In this document: in pieces, positions 30,947 through 39,995 of the stretch
Position numbering within the stretch: position 1 is the first letter of the stretch
Layout: each line of letters starts with the position of its first letter
DNA from: Candidatus Nanoarchaeia archaeon
Lineage (GTDB): Archaea; Nanobdellota; Nanobdellia; Pacearchaeales; GW2011-AR1
Direction: 5' to 3'
DNA: 64,000 nt
Assembly: GCA_028718805.1 (NCBI GenBank)
Contig: JAQUKY010000007.1
Span: 18,176-82,175 of the forward strand
Program-made: the position numbers and the translations under genes
The notes under the pieces: model-generated
What the model was told of the DNA's origin: nothing
What the model saw: only the letters and a program-made list of their open reading frames with translations
The model's database searches: none

Positions 30947-31350
30947 ACATCCACCACAACTTGTATTGTGTATTTATCTTTTTCCTTTTTCACAAACATC
31001 TCGCTGTAGGTTATAGCCTTTACATTATTGCTGAATTTATAACTTTCAGCATCATCTCCGATAACTTCTGCGATTAATTTGTTATTTTTAATCTTTATAT
31101 CTTTTATCTTTGATAATAAAAAATCTTCCGCATCTGATAAATATAAAAATTCCTCAAGGAAATTGTATAACAATCTTTCATTATTCTTTCCGCTAATTTC
31201 AAATTTTTTGTTTATTCTGCTTTTAACTTTTATCCCTCTGGTCATTATTTCTTTTAAAGCCAAAGCCGCATTTACAAAAACTTCTTCCAAACTTTTTCCA
31301 AATGCCTGAAATTTTATGTCTGCCGTATGTTCTAAAAATTTGAATTTCAT
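30943..31350 (-). CDS. Archease
   Basis: EHTADI, VKAITY, C-terminal VDV; coupled to rtcB. Confidence 0.95.
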   Translation of the reverse strand: MKFKFLEHTADIKFQAFGKSLEEVFVNAALALKEIMTRGIKVKSRINKKFEISGKNNERLLYNFLEEFLYLSDAEDFLLSKIKDIKIKNNKLIAEVIGDDAESYKFSNNVKAITYSEMFVKKEKDKYTIQVVVDV

Positions 31351-31413
31351 AAATAACATAGAAAATAATGATATTTATAATTAACTAAGATTAATAATGA
31401 AATAAAATGAGCT

Positions 31414-31529
31414 AATCTATAATAAAAAAAAGAATAAAGCTATGAAAGAGAAGCTTAATCTGCTCATCTGCAAGTCTTATTGTAATTGCTTCTGTTCTAG
31501 AGGCTCTAAACTTTTAGGCCGTATATTAA
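31414..31529 (+). repeat. Intergenic modular element
   Basis: AAGCTATG..GAGAAGCTTAATCTGCTCATCTGCAAG core. Confidence 0.7.
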
Positions 31530-31663
31530 AAACATTTAAATATGGCCATTCATTAATAACAGTAGAAAAAGATGGTGTCATTAAAAGTTAATATTCATAA
31601 AAAAGATTTATGGCTTTTGTCTGCCATAGTTGTATTTCTGGTCGGAGTTGCTTATGTTATTGC
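31525..31663 (+). repeat. 139 bp exact direct repeat, copy B
   Basis: Identical to 28465-28603. Confidence 0.95.
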
Positions 31664-32021
31664 TTATGGCTCAAGCCCTGCAAACCCTGCTGTTTTTGGG
31701 CACACTGCAAATGAAGTTGAAGGGGTGAATAATGCATGGGTTAAATTTAATGGTAGTGCTTCTGTGAGTGGAAGCAGAATATTAGGAAGTAAGGGTGTTT
31801 CATCTGTAACTCATGATGGTGCCGGGATGTATAATATAACCTGGGAAACTCCCTTTGCAAGTTCTAACTATTTAGTTATTGTAGACCCCGGATATATAGA
31901 TGAAGGATCAACGCAATCAGTTACTCCGAATAATGTTGTTGTATGGGTGCATAATAACGGGGGAGCAAGTGGAGGAACCTGGGCAGATACTGATATTGTT
32001 TATGTCATGGCGTCAGAATAA
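31572..32021 (+). CDS. Membrane-anchored adhesin/tail-fibre-like protein, paralog B
   Basis: First 32 aa identical to 28512; NPAVFGHT; C-terminal AWVKFNG..GVSSVT..G.YNITW..PF domain. Confidence 0.7.
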   Translation: MVSLKVNIHKKDLWLLSAIVVFLVGVAYVIAYGSSPANPAVFGHTANEVEGVNNAWVKFNGSASVSGSRILGSKGVSSVTHDGAGMYNITWETPFASSNYLVIVDPGYIDEGSTQSVTPNNVVVWVHNNGGASGGTWADTDIVYVMASE

Positions 32022-32070
32022 TAAATTATTATAATCTAATTAATTTAGATCAAAATTTCCTTTTTATTAA

Positions 32071-32233
32071 ATAAAAAGAAATCCACATCATTTATGATGT
32101 GGTGCTGATAATCGCTAATGCTGTGATTTAAACGCTTGTGGAAGCAGGTTCAATAAATTGAAGTCCACAGAGCAAAGCGGATAAGAGTAAAGATATAAGG
32201 AAGCCCACGCATTTATGCGTGGGAGGATGTCAC
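32071..32233 (+). mobile_element. Non-autonomous IS200/IS605-type element, copy 3
   Basis: Identical to copy 2, including 13 nt of downstream flank. Confidence 0.88.
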
Positions 32234-32253
32234 ATGTATGAAAATCAATATTT

Positions 32254-32685
32254 TCATTTCATCCAGACAAAAAATCTTAGTTTTTTTGGATTATAATATG
32301 TAAGATTAGAGGTTACTAAAACTTCTGTTGCATAAATATTTTTTTCATATAAAGATGAGTCAGAAGCATATGCAGGGTTATCACATATATCATTTATATT
32401 ACAGATATTGGTTGTAAAGTTCCAGCTATTGGGTATTATCTTAGAAATAGCCTCATTAACTCTTGTATTGCTGTTAATGATTATATCATTTCTTAGGCTG
32501 TCATTCTTGCTTATAATATCTAAAATTTGTCTTTGCTCCTTGTAAATCGAATCAGAGATATCTGTTTCAGGAGCTTTTCTGGAAATGATAACTAACATAG
32601 AACCTACTATGAGTAATATGGCTAGAAACACTTCTAAGATTCTTATCCAAGCTTTCCTGTCTATTTTACTTATTCTTTTCTCCAT
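32254..32685 (-). CDS. Pilin-like protein with class III signal peptide
   Basis: RKA|WIRILE followed by a hydrophobic helix. Confidence 0.72.
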   Translation of the reverse strand: MEKRISKIDRKAWIRILEVFLAILLIVGSMLVIISRKAPETDISDSIYKEQRQILDIISKNDSLRNDIIINSNTRVNEAISKIIPNSWNFTTNICNINDICDNPAYASDSSLYEKNIYATEVLVTSNLTYYNPKKLRFFVWMK

Positions 32686-32698
32686 CTTTTTATTTTTT

Positions 32699-32789
32699 GT
32701 CTATAATTTCACTCTTTTTCCGCTTTGCAGATGAGTAGCAAATCTTATTTCTCTCATGCATAACTTACTTCGTCTTTGTTTATTACCCA
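32699..32789 (-). repeat. Intergenic modular element
   Basis: Collinear with 39811-39904 (ACGAA.TAAGTTATG..CTCATCTGCAAAGC..AAAAAGAGTGAAATTA). Confidence 0.82.
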
Positions 32790-32834
32790 CATTCACTTTT
32801 TATTATAAATTAAATAGTGTTATATCTTTTGTAT

Positions 32835-33482
32835 TTACCACACTCTTATATTTAATATTAATTCCTGGATCTGCCCGTTATTGTTGATAACTCTTACTGG
32901 AATATCCCTTGATTCAACATCAATCCCCTGAGGGATGTTTCTGTCAACACTTAGCTCAGCAGTTTCATTTTCAAGCAAATCTCTTGTCTTAAACAAAAAA
33001 TCATTTGTTATTCCTAAATTTTCTTTCAAATTATCATAACTATCATCACTCATTTCATAACTCGTTTTTAATTTTTTAAGATTATCTTCTAAAATCATTT
33101 CTTCTTTGGAATAGACTCCCAATGTATAATTTGTTTGATTACAATTAATATTTTTTATAGTGGCATTATTATTAAAAATATCATTAAAATAAATAGTATA
33201 TTTTATATTGCTCTCTTGAACTTCTTGATAATCCCCATCATAATCTGCTTCATTAAAATAATAACAAGTTCCGTTTACATTTAAAATTATAGAGAGTTTT
33301 CCAACACTATCACTTATGTTATTGATTATTCCCTTCTGAGCATTATCCATAATGTAATTCGGTTCTTCTGTCTTGGCAAAAGGGTTCAGAAAAATAAATG
33401 TAAATATCAGAAATCCAATAAAAATCACAAATGAAATCATAACTTCCACATGCCCCTGTGCGCGTTTTTCTTTTTTTCTCAT
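32835..33482 (-). CDS. Pilin-like protein with class III signal peptide
   Basis: KRA|QGHVE followed by a hydrophobic helix. Confidence 0.78.
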   Translation of the reverse strand: MRKKEKRAQGHVEVMISFVIFIGFLIFTFIFLNPFAKTEEPNYIMDNAQKGIINNISDSVGKLSIILNVNGTCYYFNEADYDGDYQEVQESNIKYTIYFNDIFNNNATIKNINCNQTNYTLGVYSKEEMILEDNLKKLKTSYEMSDDSYDNLKENLGITNDFLFKTRDLLENETAELSVDRNIPQGIDVESRDIPVRVINNNGQIQELILNIRVW

Positions 33483-33496
33483 TTTTATTCTCCCCG

Positions 33497-36400
33497 TTAA
33501 TTTTTATATCTTTTTTTGCTTTTGATTATTGTCAAAGCAATAGCAGCAATTATGATAATAACAATAATATAAATCCAGTATTTCTTCAATAAACTTTCAG
33601 TCTTTCCAGTTGTATATTCTGTCATGTTTTCAGTATTGTTAATTAATGCATTCTGTCCTTCTTCTGTTTCAATCTTTTCATAAACGCTTTTTAACGTTAA
33701 ATTAGCCAGGTTGCTTGTTATGCTGTTTAATTTAACATAAAGGTCATAATAAGAATCATTAGTTAATTCAACTTTCCACTCTTCTCCAGCACTCATTAGT
33801 TTTTCCTGCTTTTCACTTGAAATGCTTATCAGTGCAGTTTTGCTTGTGTAATTGATATCTTTGACTTTCAGTTCATGACTTTTGTTATTAATATTAAAAT
33901 TAAATTTCCAGTTTTCTCCTAGTGATTTTGTATATCCATTAGATAAGCTCTCTTTATTAATAGTATAAACTGGCAGTCCTCCTCCGCCAGAAAGACTTGT
34001 TGCAGGCGTAGGGATATCAATTGAAAAACTGACATTCATTGTATCATTTCTGTTTCCTGCTGTATCATTGCAGTAAAACTTAGCAGTATAGCTTCCATCT
34101 CCCAAAGATTTAGTATAATTAAAATTTCTATTATCTGTTGTGTTCATTGTATAATTCGTAATCCCTGAATCAGTTGAATATAAGCAAGTTCCATTGTCAT
34201 CTAAAGTCACATTAAATAATGTTTGGGAAGTTGTGTATGTTGTTGCAGTTGGAGAGTTGATTGTTACTGATGGTGCAATTGTATCAATCAACAGCTGGTT
34301 GCTTCCAGATGCGGTTTCTATACCAGATATATTTAATGTCAAAAGATTTGTTGTTGTGTTATAGTTATATTCTGATGAAGAATAAGTTTTGTTATATGCT
34401 CCTGTATGTGAAGTGAATCTAGGTGAAGAAGGAATTACCGAGGTGTTTATAATTACTGTTAGATTATTTATAGTATCTGTCAAGTTGCTAGAAATATTTC
34501 TTATATTCCCATCAGAATAACTAAACCAGACAGGGGATTTCTCCCTCGAAGTTCCTTCTGTCATATTAAAGTTGTCTAAAACATAGGAATAATTGCTTGG
34601 TGTTAAGGTGATGTTTATGTCTCCATCATTTGAGTTTATATTTGAACTTCCTGCTATTGAATTATTTGAATAATAAATTAATGCATTCGTTAAATTATAA
34701 ATCTGCAACATATAACTATCTGTCGAGTTTGTATTATTAAGCAGAATATATGTTTCTGTTGTTGGATTATATTTATTAAAGAAAAGATTTACCCAAGAAT
34801 AAAGATACTTGCTTGAAGGTGTGAATACTCCTGTTAAGAGATTTATTGTGTAATCTGCTGTTTCTGCCAGAGTTATATTTATACCATCATTTACCCAGGC
34901 AGGACTAGCTGTCGTGCTTCCTAAACTTCCATTATGCAAACCCCCCCCTGAAGAATCATAAGCTATTGTTCCATTATTCTCATTGAATTTATATCTCAAA
35001 ATTAAATTAGTTGCATTTAAATAAGTCATAATGGAATTGTATGTTTGATTAGTATATCCAGTATAAGAAGGAGCATTATTTGCTGGATTAACAACCCCCC
35101 CATGCCACATGTGAATATAATCATCATTTCCTGTTAAGTTATATAAAAATGTTGGTCTATACAAGCCAACATCCCAGCCAGAATTAGGAGCTTCCATTAC
35201 AAAATTAGAATAAGCAGTAAAATACAGAGGATTTGAAGTTGATGCATTAGCAAAACGAATCCCGCCGTTTCCATTATACATCATCCAATATTCATTTTTG
35301 CTTGGAACTTCTATAACATCTAAATGCCACAAACCAAAAGGATGTACTGAGAATGTTACATTATTTATTAAGGTCCAGTTTAATCCGTCTGTGGAATTAT
35401 AATACATAACTAATTGCGATGCATTCCTGTTTTGGCACCACATGCGCCAGATATTATCACTACCATCTATAATTGAACAGGACCTGCTTGAATCTCCTTG
35501 AGAAAGATTCCATGATGCTGTCAGTATTTCATAATTCCAGGTAATTCCATCTGAAGAATTTTGCGAAAGAAGTGTTATGATAGAACCATTAGTCTCAAAA
35601 TAATATGCCCTTAACATATCATTTGTAGAATCATAAACAATATCGATATCTGCATGATAATTTCCAGCAGAAGTTGAATTTATTGGGTTTGTTAACCCAG
35701 CCGGAACCTGCCATCGGGTAGTCGGGCTTAAGCAGGAATCATTGCATACAAATATTGATGGATTTTCAACTTTAGAACTTCCATCTGCAAGCGGCGTATT
35801 TCCCATCCAGTATTTCCATCCATTCCATGTATTTGCAAAATACAATATAGATGGATGTATTGTTTGATTGCTCCCATCATAAGTTGGGATAAAAGTATGA
35901 TCTGTCTGATTTGGGAAAGTGTAACTTTTAGAAATAAATCCTCCAATTTCTGCAGAAGAATTAGTATATAATTGAGATATTTGCGCAGAAGTTAAAACAC
36001 TATTCCAAAAGCGAAAATCTCTTACGGAACCGTTAAAATATACCCCCAACAAAGGATTACCGCCAATAGTGGAATTATAGTTATATGAAGCGGGGAATTT
36101 TGGGGGGCAGGAAGTAGTCACATTCAAGTTTCCATCAAAAAAAATGCTTATATTAGTCAAATCCCAGGTTACAACTGCATTATGCCATTTAGTTGTCTCA
36201 GTCAAAACTTCATCTGCAGAAATTGCACAGTCTCCGTAGGAGCTGGCAAAATAAAATTGCAAGTCATTTTCATCTGCAAATGCTGTCCTTAAAACATAAG
36301 CATAAGAACTGGCTGCTGAACTCCTGTAAAAAATTGGCTTGGATTTCTCGATTTTATTCAGTTTAAACCACACTGAGAAAGTTGCAGCATGATAACTTAA

Positions 36401-36694
36401 ATCAAGGTCATAACGAGCATCACTTTTAGTATTAACAAAATCATTAGTGCCATCAAAACTAAGCCAAGTTGTATTTTTAACAATAGCAGAAAAATTGCCT
36501 ATATAATTCTGGCCTAGATTATTTGTAGAATTTGTTACGAAACTGCTCGAAAAATTAGATATATTGACATTGGAGGTTACATATTTTAATGCATTATTAT
36601 CATCAGAATAAATTGTCACAGTACTAGTAACAATAACTGATAAGAATGAAACTGCAACAAAAAACATTCCCAATAAAATCAATATTTTTTTCAT
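33497..36694 (-). CDS. Large surface protein: LamG/ConA domain, beta-propeller-like domain, Ig-like domain, C-terminal TM
   Basis: LSFDGTND..WHNAVVTWD..FNGSVRDFRFWNSVL LamG pattern; HPS..YWM..ENPSI, WHLDV, LYRPT; TM plus Lys tail. Confidence 0.82.
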   Translation of the reverse strand: MKKILILLGMFFVAVSFLSVIVTSTVTIYSDDNNALKYVTSNVNISNFSSSFVTNSTNNLGQNYIGNFSAIVKNTTWLSFDGTNDFVNTKSDARYDLDLSYHAATFSVWFKLNKIEKSKPIFYRSSAASSYAYVLRTAFADENDLQFYFASSYGDCAISADEVLTETTKWHNAVVTWDLTNISIFFDGNLNVTTSCPPKFPASYNYNSTIGGNPLLGVYFNGSVRDFRFWNSVLTSAQISQLYTNSSAEIGGFISKSYTFPNQTDHTFIPTYDGSNQTIHPSILYFANTWNGWKYWMGNTPLADGSSKVENPSIFVCNDSCLSPTTRWQVPAGLTNPINSTSAGNYHADIDIVYDSTNDMLRAYYFETNGSIITLLSQNSSDGITWNYEILTASWNLSQGDSSRSCSIIDGSDNIWRMWCQNRNASQLVMYYNSTDGLNWTLINNVTFSVHPFGLWHLDVIEVPSKNEYWMMYNGNGGIRFANASTSNPLYFTAYSNFVMEAPNSGWDVGLYRPTFLYNLTGNDDYIHMWHGGVVNPANNAPSYTGYTNQTYNSIMTYLNATNLILRYKFNENNGTIAYDSSGGGLHNGSLGSTTASPAWVNDGINITLAETADYTINLLTGVFTPSSKYLYSWVNLFFNKYNPTTETYILLNNTNSTDSYMLQIYNLTNALIYYSNNSIAGSSNINSNDGDINITLTPSNYSYVLDNFNMTEGTSREKSPVWFSYSDGNIRNISSNLTDTINNLTVIINTSVIPSSPRFTSHTGAYNKTYSSSEYNYNTTTNLLTLNISGIETASGSNQLLIDTIAPSVTINSPTATTYTTSQTLFNVTLDDNGTCLYSTDSGITNYTMNTTDNRNFNYTKSLGDGSYTAKFYCNDTAGNRNDTMNVSFSIDIPTPATSLSGGGGLPVYTINKESLSNGYTKSLGENWKFNFNINNKSHELKVKDINYTSKTALISISSEKQEKLMSAGEEWKVELTNDSYYDLYVKLNSITSNLANLTLKSVYEKIETEEGQNALINNTENMTEYTTGKTESLLKKYWIYIIVIIIIAAIALTIIKSKKRYKN

Positions 36695-36824
36695 TTTGGT
36701 TTTCCCTATTTTTTGATTTATTTTATTCCTAGTAATTTATTAAACTATTTAAGTTTTATTAATCATATTTTGCTTAACTCTTAGTGATATTTGTCTTTGT
36801 ATATTATCCATCTTTATTTATTTT

Positions 36825-37718
36825 TCATCCTATAAGAACCTTGGCACCCGTACTGATTAATACTGCCAATGCAACTAATATAAACGAATGTTTTAATCCT
36901 GCCATCATTTTCCCTTCAGCTAATTTTCCTATTACTAATCCTGCAAAAAACCCCTGGGCTATTAAAAGCCATAAGAAAGGTTGTGCTAGTTGCTGTGCTG
37001 TTGCAATATCCCCCCTTGTCCCTAGATTGAATCCTGGAATTCCTTCTGCACCTGAACCCATTCCGCTCCCCAAACCCGAAGCAATAGGCAATATCTTAAA
37101 CTGCATAACCAGCATTATTATAATAAATATAAAGAAAATAATATATCCCTGCACCATTAAAGTATACATAGCAGCCCTTCTTTCTTTTTTCAATTTTTCA
37201 ACTTGAGACACAGATTTCGCAACAGCTTCAAGGATATCATCTATTTTCCCTCCTGCTTTTTCAGCTTCGCTTATAATTGTAACAGCTCTGGTGACTGTTA
37301 GGCTGTTAACATCTCGTGAAAATGTTTCTAATGCGCTTTTAACTGGTATTCCAAGAGCAATCTGATTTGCCAACTTATTGATGTGGGGATTTAACTTGCC
37401 ATAATCTTTTTTCCTGACATTTAATATGCTTTTGCTTATAGGAGTTCCTGCTTTAACATTTTCAACAAGGTTTCTTGCAAACTCCAAAAACATCTCTTCC
37501 CTTTCTCTTTCCGCGCTTGTTGTCAAAATTATAGAGACAAAAAACGGAAACATAGCAATAACTATTGCTAATCCAAGGACAAAATAAAATATATCTGTCT
37601 CTTTTAGAAAGATAATTGATAAAACTATCGTAGTAATTGCCACGATTAACCCAACTATCTGCCCCTTGTTTGGCTTGTATCTTCTCCAGTCTATGTTTTG
37701 CAAAAAGTCCATTTCCAT
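36825..37718 (-). CDS. Type IV pilus platform membrane protein (TadB/TadC/ArlJ-like, T2SSF)
   Basis: YGKLNPHI..LANQI..GIP, EAEKAGG, GLVIGKLAEG..GLKH. Confidence 0.88.
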   Translation of the reverse strand: MEMDFLQNIDWRRYKPNKGQIVGLIVAITTIVLSIIFLKETDIFYFVLGLAIVIAMFPFFVSIILTTSAEREREEMFLEFARNLVENVKAGTPISKSILNVRKKDYGKLNPHINKLANQIALGIPVKSALETFSRDVNSLTVTRAVTIISEAEKAGGKIDDILEAVAKSVSQVEKLKKERRAAMYTLMVQGYIIFFIFIIIMLVMQFKILPIASGLGSGMGSGAEGIPGFNLGTRGDIATAQQLAQPFLWLLIAQGFFAGLVIGKLAEGKMMAGLKHSFILVALAVLISTGAKVLIG

Positions 37719-37743
37719 TTTTTGTTTTGTTTATTTTTATTCT

Positions 37744-37927
37744 ATCTATAATCTCAAACTTTTATTCGCTTTGTTATGATTGCTCAAGCGTTTTAGTTTG
37801 AGTTTTACGGATTATGTTTTTTATTAATTTGTTAAACGATTTAAGCTTTGCAGATTATTTCATTAAGCCTTTTTTTATAGCTTTATGTTGTTCTGTCTTA
37901 GCTTATCGTCTTCTGATATTATTGATT
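37744..37927 (-). repeat. Two tandem intergenic modular elements (37744-37813, 37821-37927)
   Basis: Minus strand ACTAAAACGCTTGAGCAA..CAAAGCGAATAA and ATCTGCAAAGCTTAAATCGTTT. Confidence 0.8.
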
Positions 37928-37985
37928 TAGTTTTATTTTTAGTATTTGTTTATTACCGATTTTTATATTTATTTTGATTATCATT

Positions 37986-39347
37986 TTAAAATATTGGTTG
38001 TTTTAATCTTAGGAATAATAAAAATCCTACATTTAAGATTACTAAGCACAATATAATTAATACCGCCATTATTTCGGTTGTTAATCCCAAGAAAAACATT
38101 CCAGTGCTTCCCATTATTATAAACAACATTAATAAAATCATTGGGGCCGCAATAGAAATGCTTATATAAATATCCATCAGGGTTTCAGCTGTTTTGGTGT
38201 ATCTTTCCCTTTCTAGTCTATAATCAAATAATAATCCTTCTGCATGTTTATCTAAAAATTCATGCAAATCCCCACCAGAAGTTATTGTTGTAGCTAGGCC
38301 GTCAAGCAATTCTCTTAATTTTGATGAAGGGCTTGAACCAGCAACTCTCTTCAATGCAGTTACAAGGTCATAACCCTGAAAGTTTATAAGATTAAGAAGT
38401 TTTCTGAACTCCAACCTTGTGTTTTTATATTCTTCACTTTTTATAATAATCTCAAATATTGTTGTAGGTTCAATTCCAGAAGTTGCTATTGCAGACATAT
38501 GAATTGCAACAAAAGGCAGTTCCTGATCTATTTTTGCGCTTATGTTTCTGCCCTCGCTCTTAGGGTAGAAATACATAAACATGCCGGTTCCTATTGGAAT
38601 TGCTAAAACAACCCAGAATATATTAAAAAATCTTAATAATAAAGGTTCATCAATAGGAGTTATGCCGCCAAGGCTTATTTTATAAAATAATAAAAATACC
38701 ATCAAAAGTATGCTAAATATTGCAGCCAGCATCATTGTAAACAGGATCATCGAAGCATAGGTTCCAACAACAAAAGGAGAGTTCATCCTTCTCAAATCTT
38801 TATTTAATGGTTCTAAATAACCTTTCATTAGCAGCTTGTTTGAAGTGTTTCTGAAAAATTTGTTGGATGTTTTAGCATAAAAACTAGGCTTTCCAAAGGA
38901 AGCAATTGGCCTTTCAACAGAGAATTTGTTTTTAAGCTGATTAATAGTCAGGTTGCTTTTGCTTAGATTTTCGAGGAATTCTCTCCTGTCTTTTTCACTA
39001 ATTGTTATTTCGACCTTTTCTTTATTAATACTTGGTCGATATTTAATTTGTACAAGCTCTTTTTTAGCTTCGGTTTTATGAACTTCAGGAATCCCCTCAG
39101 ATACTGTTAACTTTTTATAGAACATCACATCTCCTATCAGTTCCGGGATTGATTTGTTTAATATTTTTAACTGAACCATAAGTGAATCAATCGCATCATT
39201 TAGAAGCTTTTTCTCTCTGAGGTTTATAACAATCTTGCTTGTAGCTTCAAGATTTTTGATTAAATTTAACTGATTTGTGAATACATACATTTCTCTGATT
39301 ATTTCCTTCATTCTAAGCATGTTTTGTCTTAATGCATCTGTGCTCAT
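37986..39347 (-). CDS. Type IV pilus platform membrane protein (T2SSF family)
   Basis: IDQELPF..HMSAIATSG, SPSSKLRELL, SGGDL, TM helices. Confidence 0.88.
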   Translation of the reverse strand: MSTDALRQNMLRMKEIIREMYVFTNQLNLIKNLEATSKIVINLREKKLLNDAIDSLMVQLKILNKSIPELIGDVMFYKKLTVSEGIPEVHKTEAKKELVQIKYRPSINKEKVEITISEKDRREFLENLSKSNLTINQLKNKFSVERPIASFGKPSFYAKTSNKFFRNTSNKLLMKGYLEPLNKDLRRMNSPFVVGTYASMILFTMMLAAIFSILLMVFLLFYKISLGGITPIDEPLLLRFFNIFWVVLAIPIGTGMFMYFYPKSEGRNISAKIDQELPFVAIHMSAIATSGIEPTTIFEIIIKSEEYKNTRLEFRKLLNLINFQGYDLVTALKRVAGSSPSSKLRELLDGLATTITSGGDLHEFLDKHAEGLLFDYRLERERYTKTAETLMDIYISISIAAPMILLMLFIIMGSTGMFFLGLTTEIMAVLIILCLVILNVGFLLFLRLKQPIF

Positions 39348-39349
39348 TT

Positions 39350-39523
39350 TTAATTCACCTCCGTGATCTCCGAGATTCTCTGATAAAAGTCAAAAATAAC
39401 TTTTTTAGCCTTTTCAAAATTCTCACTGTCATTATCCTGGTAAGCTCTTTCTAGTCTGTTTATTGCTACTTCCATGCTGTCTATCAACTGGGCTAATAGT
39501 TGTAAATGTTCTAAATCCGCCAT
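39350..39523 (-). CDS. Small helical protein (57 aa, absent from ORF track)
   Basis: MADLEHLQLLAQLIDSMEVAINRLERAY...; ends 2 nt before the next ATG and supplies a GGAGGTGA Shine-Dalgarno. Confidence 0.7.
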   Translation of the reverse strand: MADLEHLQLLAQLIDSMEVAINRLERAYQDNDSENFEKAKKVIFDFYQRISEITEVN

Positions 39524-39550
39524 TTTTTTGTTTGTATAAATTGAACTTTA

Positions 39551-39636
39551 TTCAGTAATCTATCAAACGATTTAATATGAGGCAATCATCTTCTTGCTTA
39601 ATTGCTCCTTATTGATTCGTATTTGAAGTTACCAAT
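39551..39636 (-). repeat. Intergenic modular element
   Basis: CAGTAATCTATCAAACGATTTAATATG...TTGCTCCTTATT..CG..GTTACC; shares blocks with 43048 and 10693. Confidence 0.8.
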
Positions 39637-39640
39637 ACAG

Positions 39641-39805
39641 TTAAATTTTTATTTTGTTATTTTTAACCTCCTCTTCTATTTTCTCTAAAACAGCAATATT
39701 AACAAATTGCCTGGCATTTGAATATTTAATTTTCATAGAACCATCTTTGATTAATTTCTTTATTTTCTTCAGTAATTCCTCATCTATCTTTACTACATCT
39801 GTCAT
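39641..39805 (-). CDS. Ribbon-helix-helix (CopG-like) small protein (54 aa, absent from ORF track)
   Basis: MTDVVKIDEELLKKIKKLI...YSNARQFVNIAVLEKI. Confidence 0.7.
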   Translation of the reverse strand: MTDVVKIDEELLKKIKKLIKDGSMKIKYSNARQFVNIAVLEKIEEEVKNNKIKI

Positions 39806-39810
39806 TTTTT

Positions 39811-39904
39811 GTCAGTAATTTCACTCTTTTTCAGCTTTGCAGATGAGTTCGTTAAGCTTAATCTTCCCATCCATAACTTATTTCGTTTTTATTTATTACT
39901 AATC
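39811..39904 (-). repeat. Intergenic modular element
   Basis: GTCAGTAATTTCACTC..GCTTTGCAGATGAG..TTAAGCTTAA..CGTTTTT..ATTACTAAT. Confidence 0.82.
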
Positions 39905-39995
39905 CTTTAAACTGTTTATATCTAGTTACTAAAAATAACTTTAAATAACTATCAATAACTTATAGTAACCTATATTTAAAAATCTTGCTGTTCTG

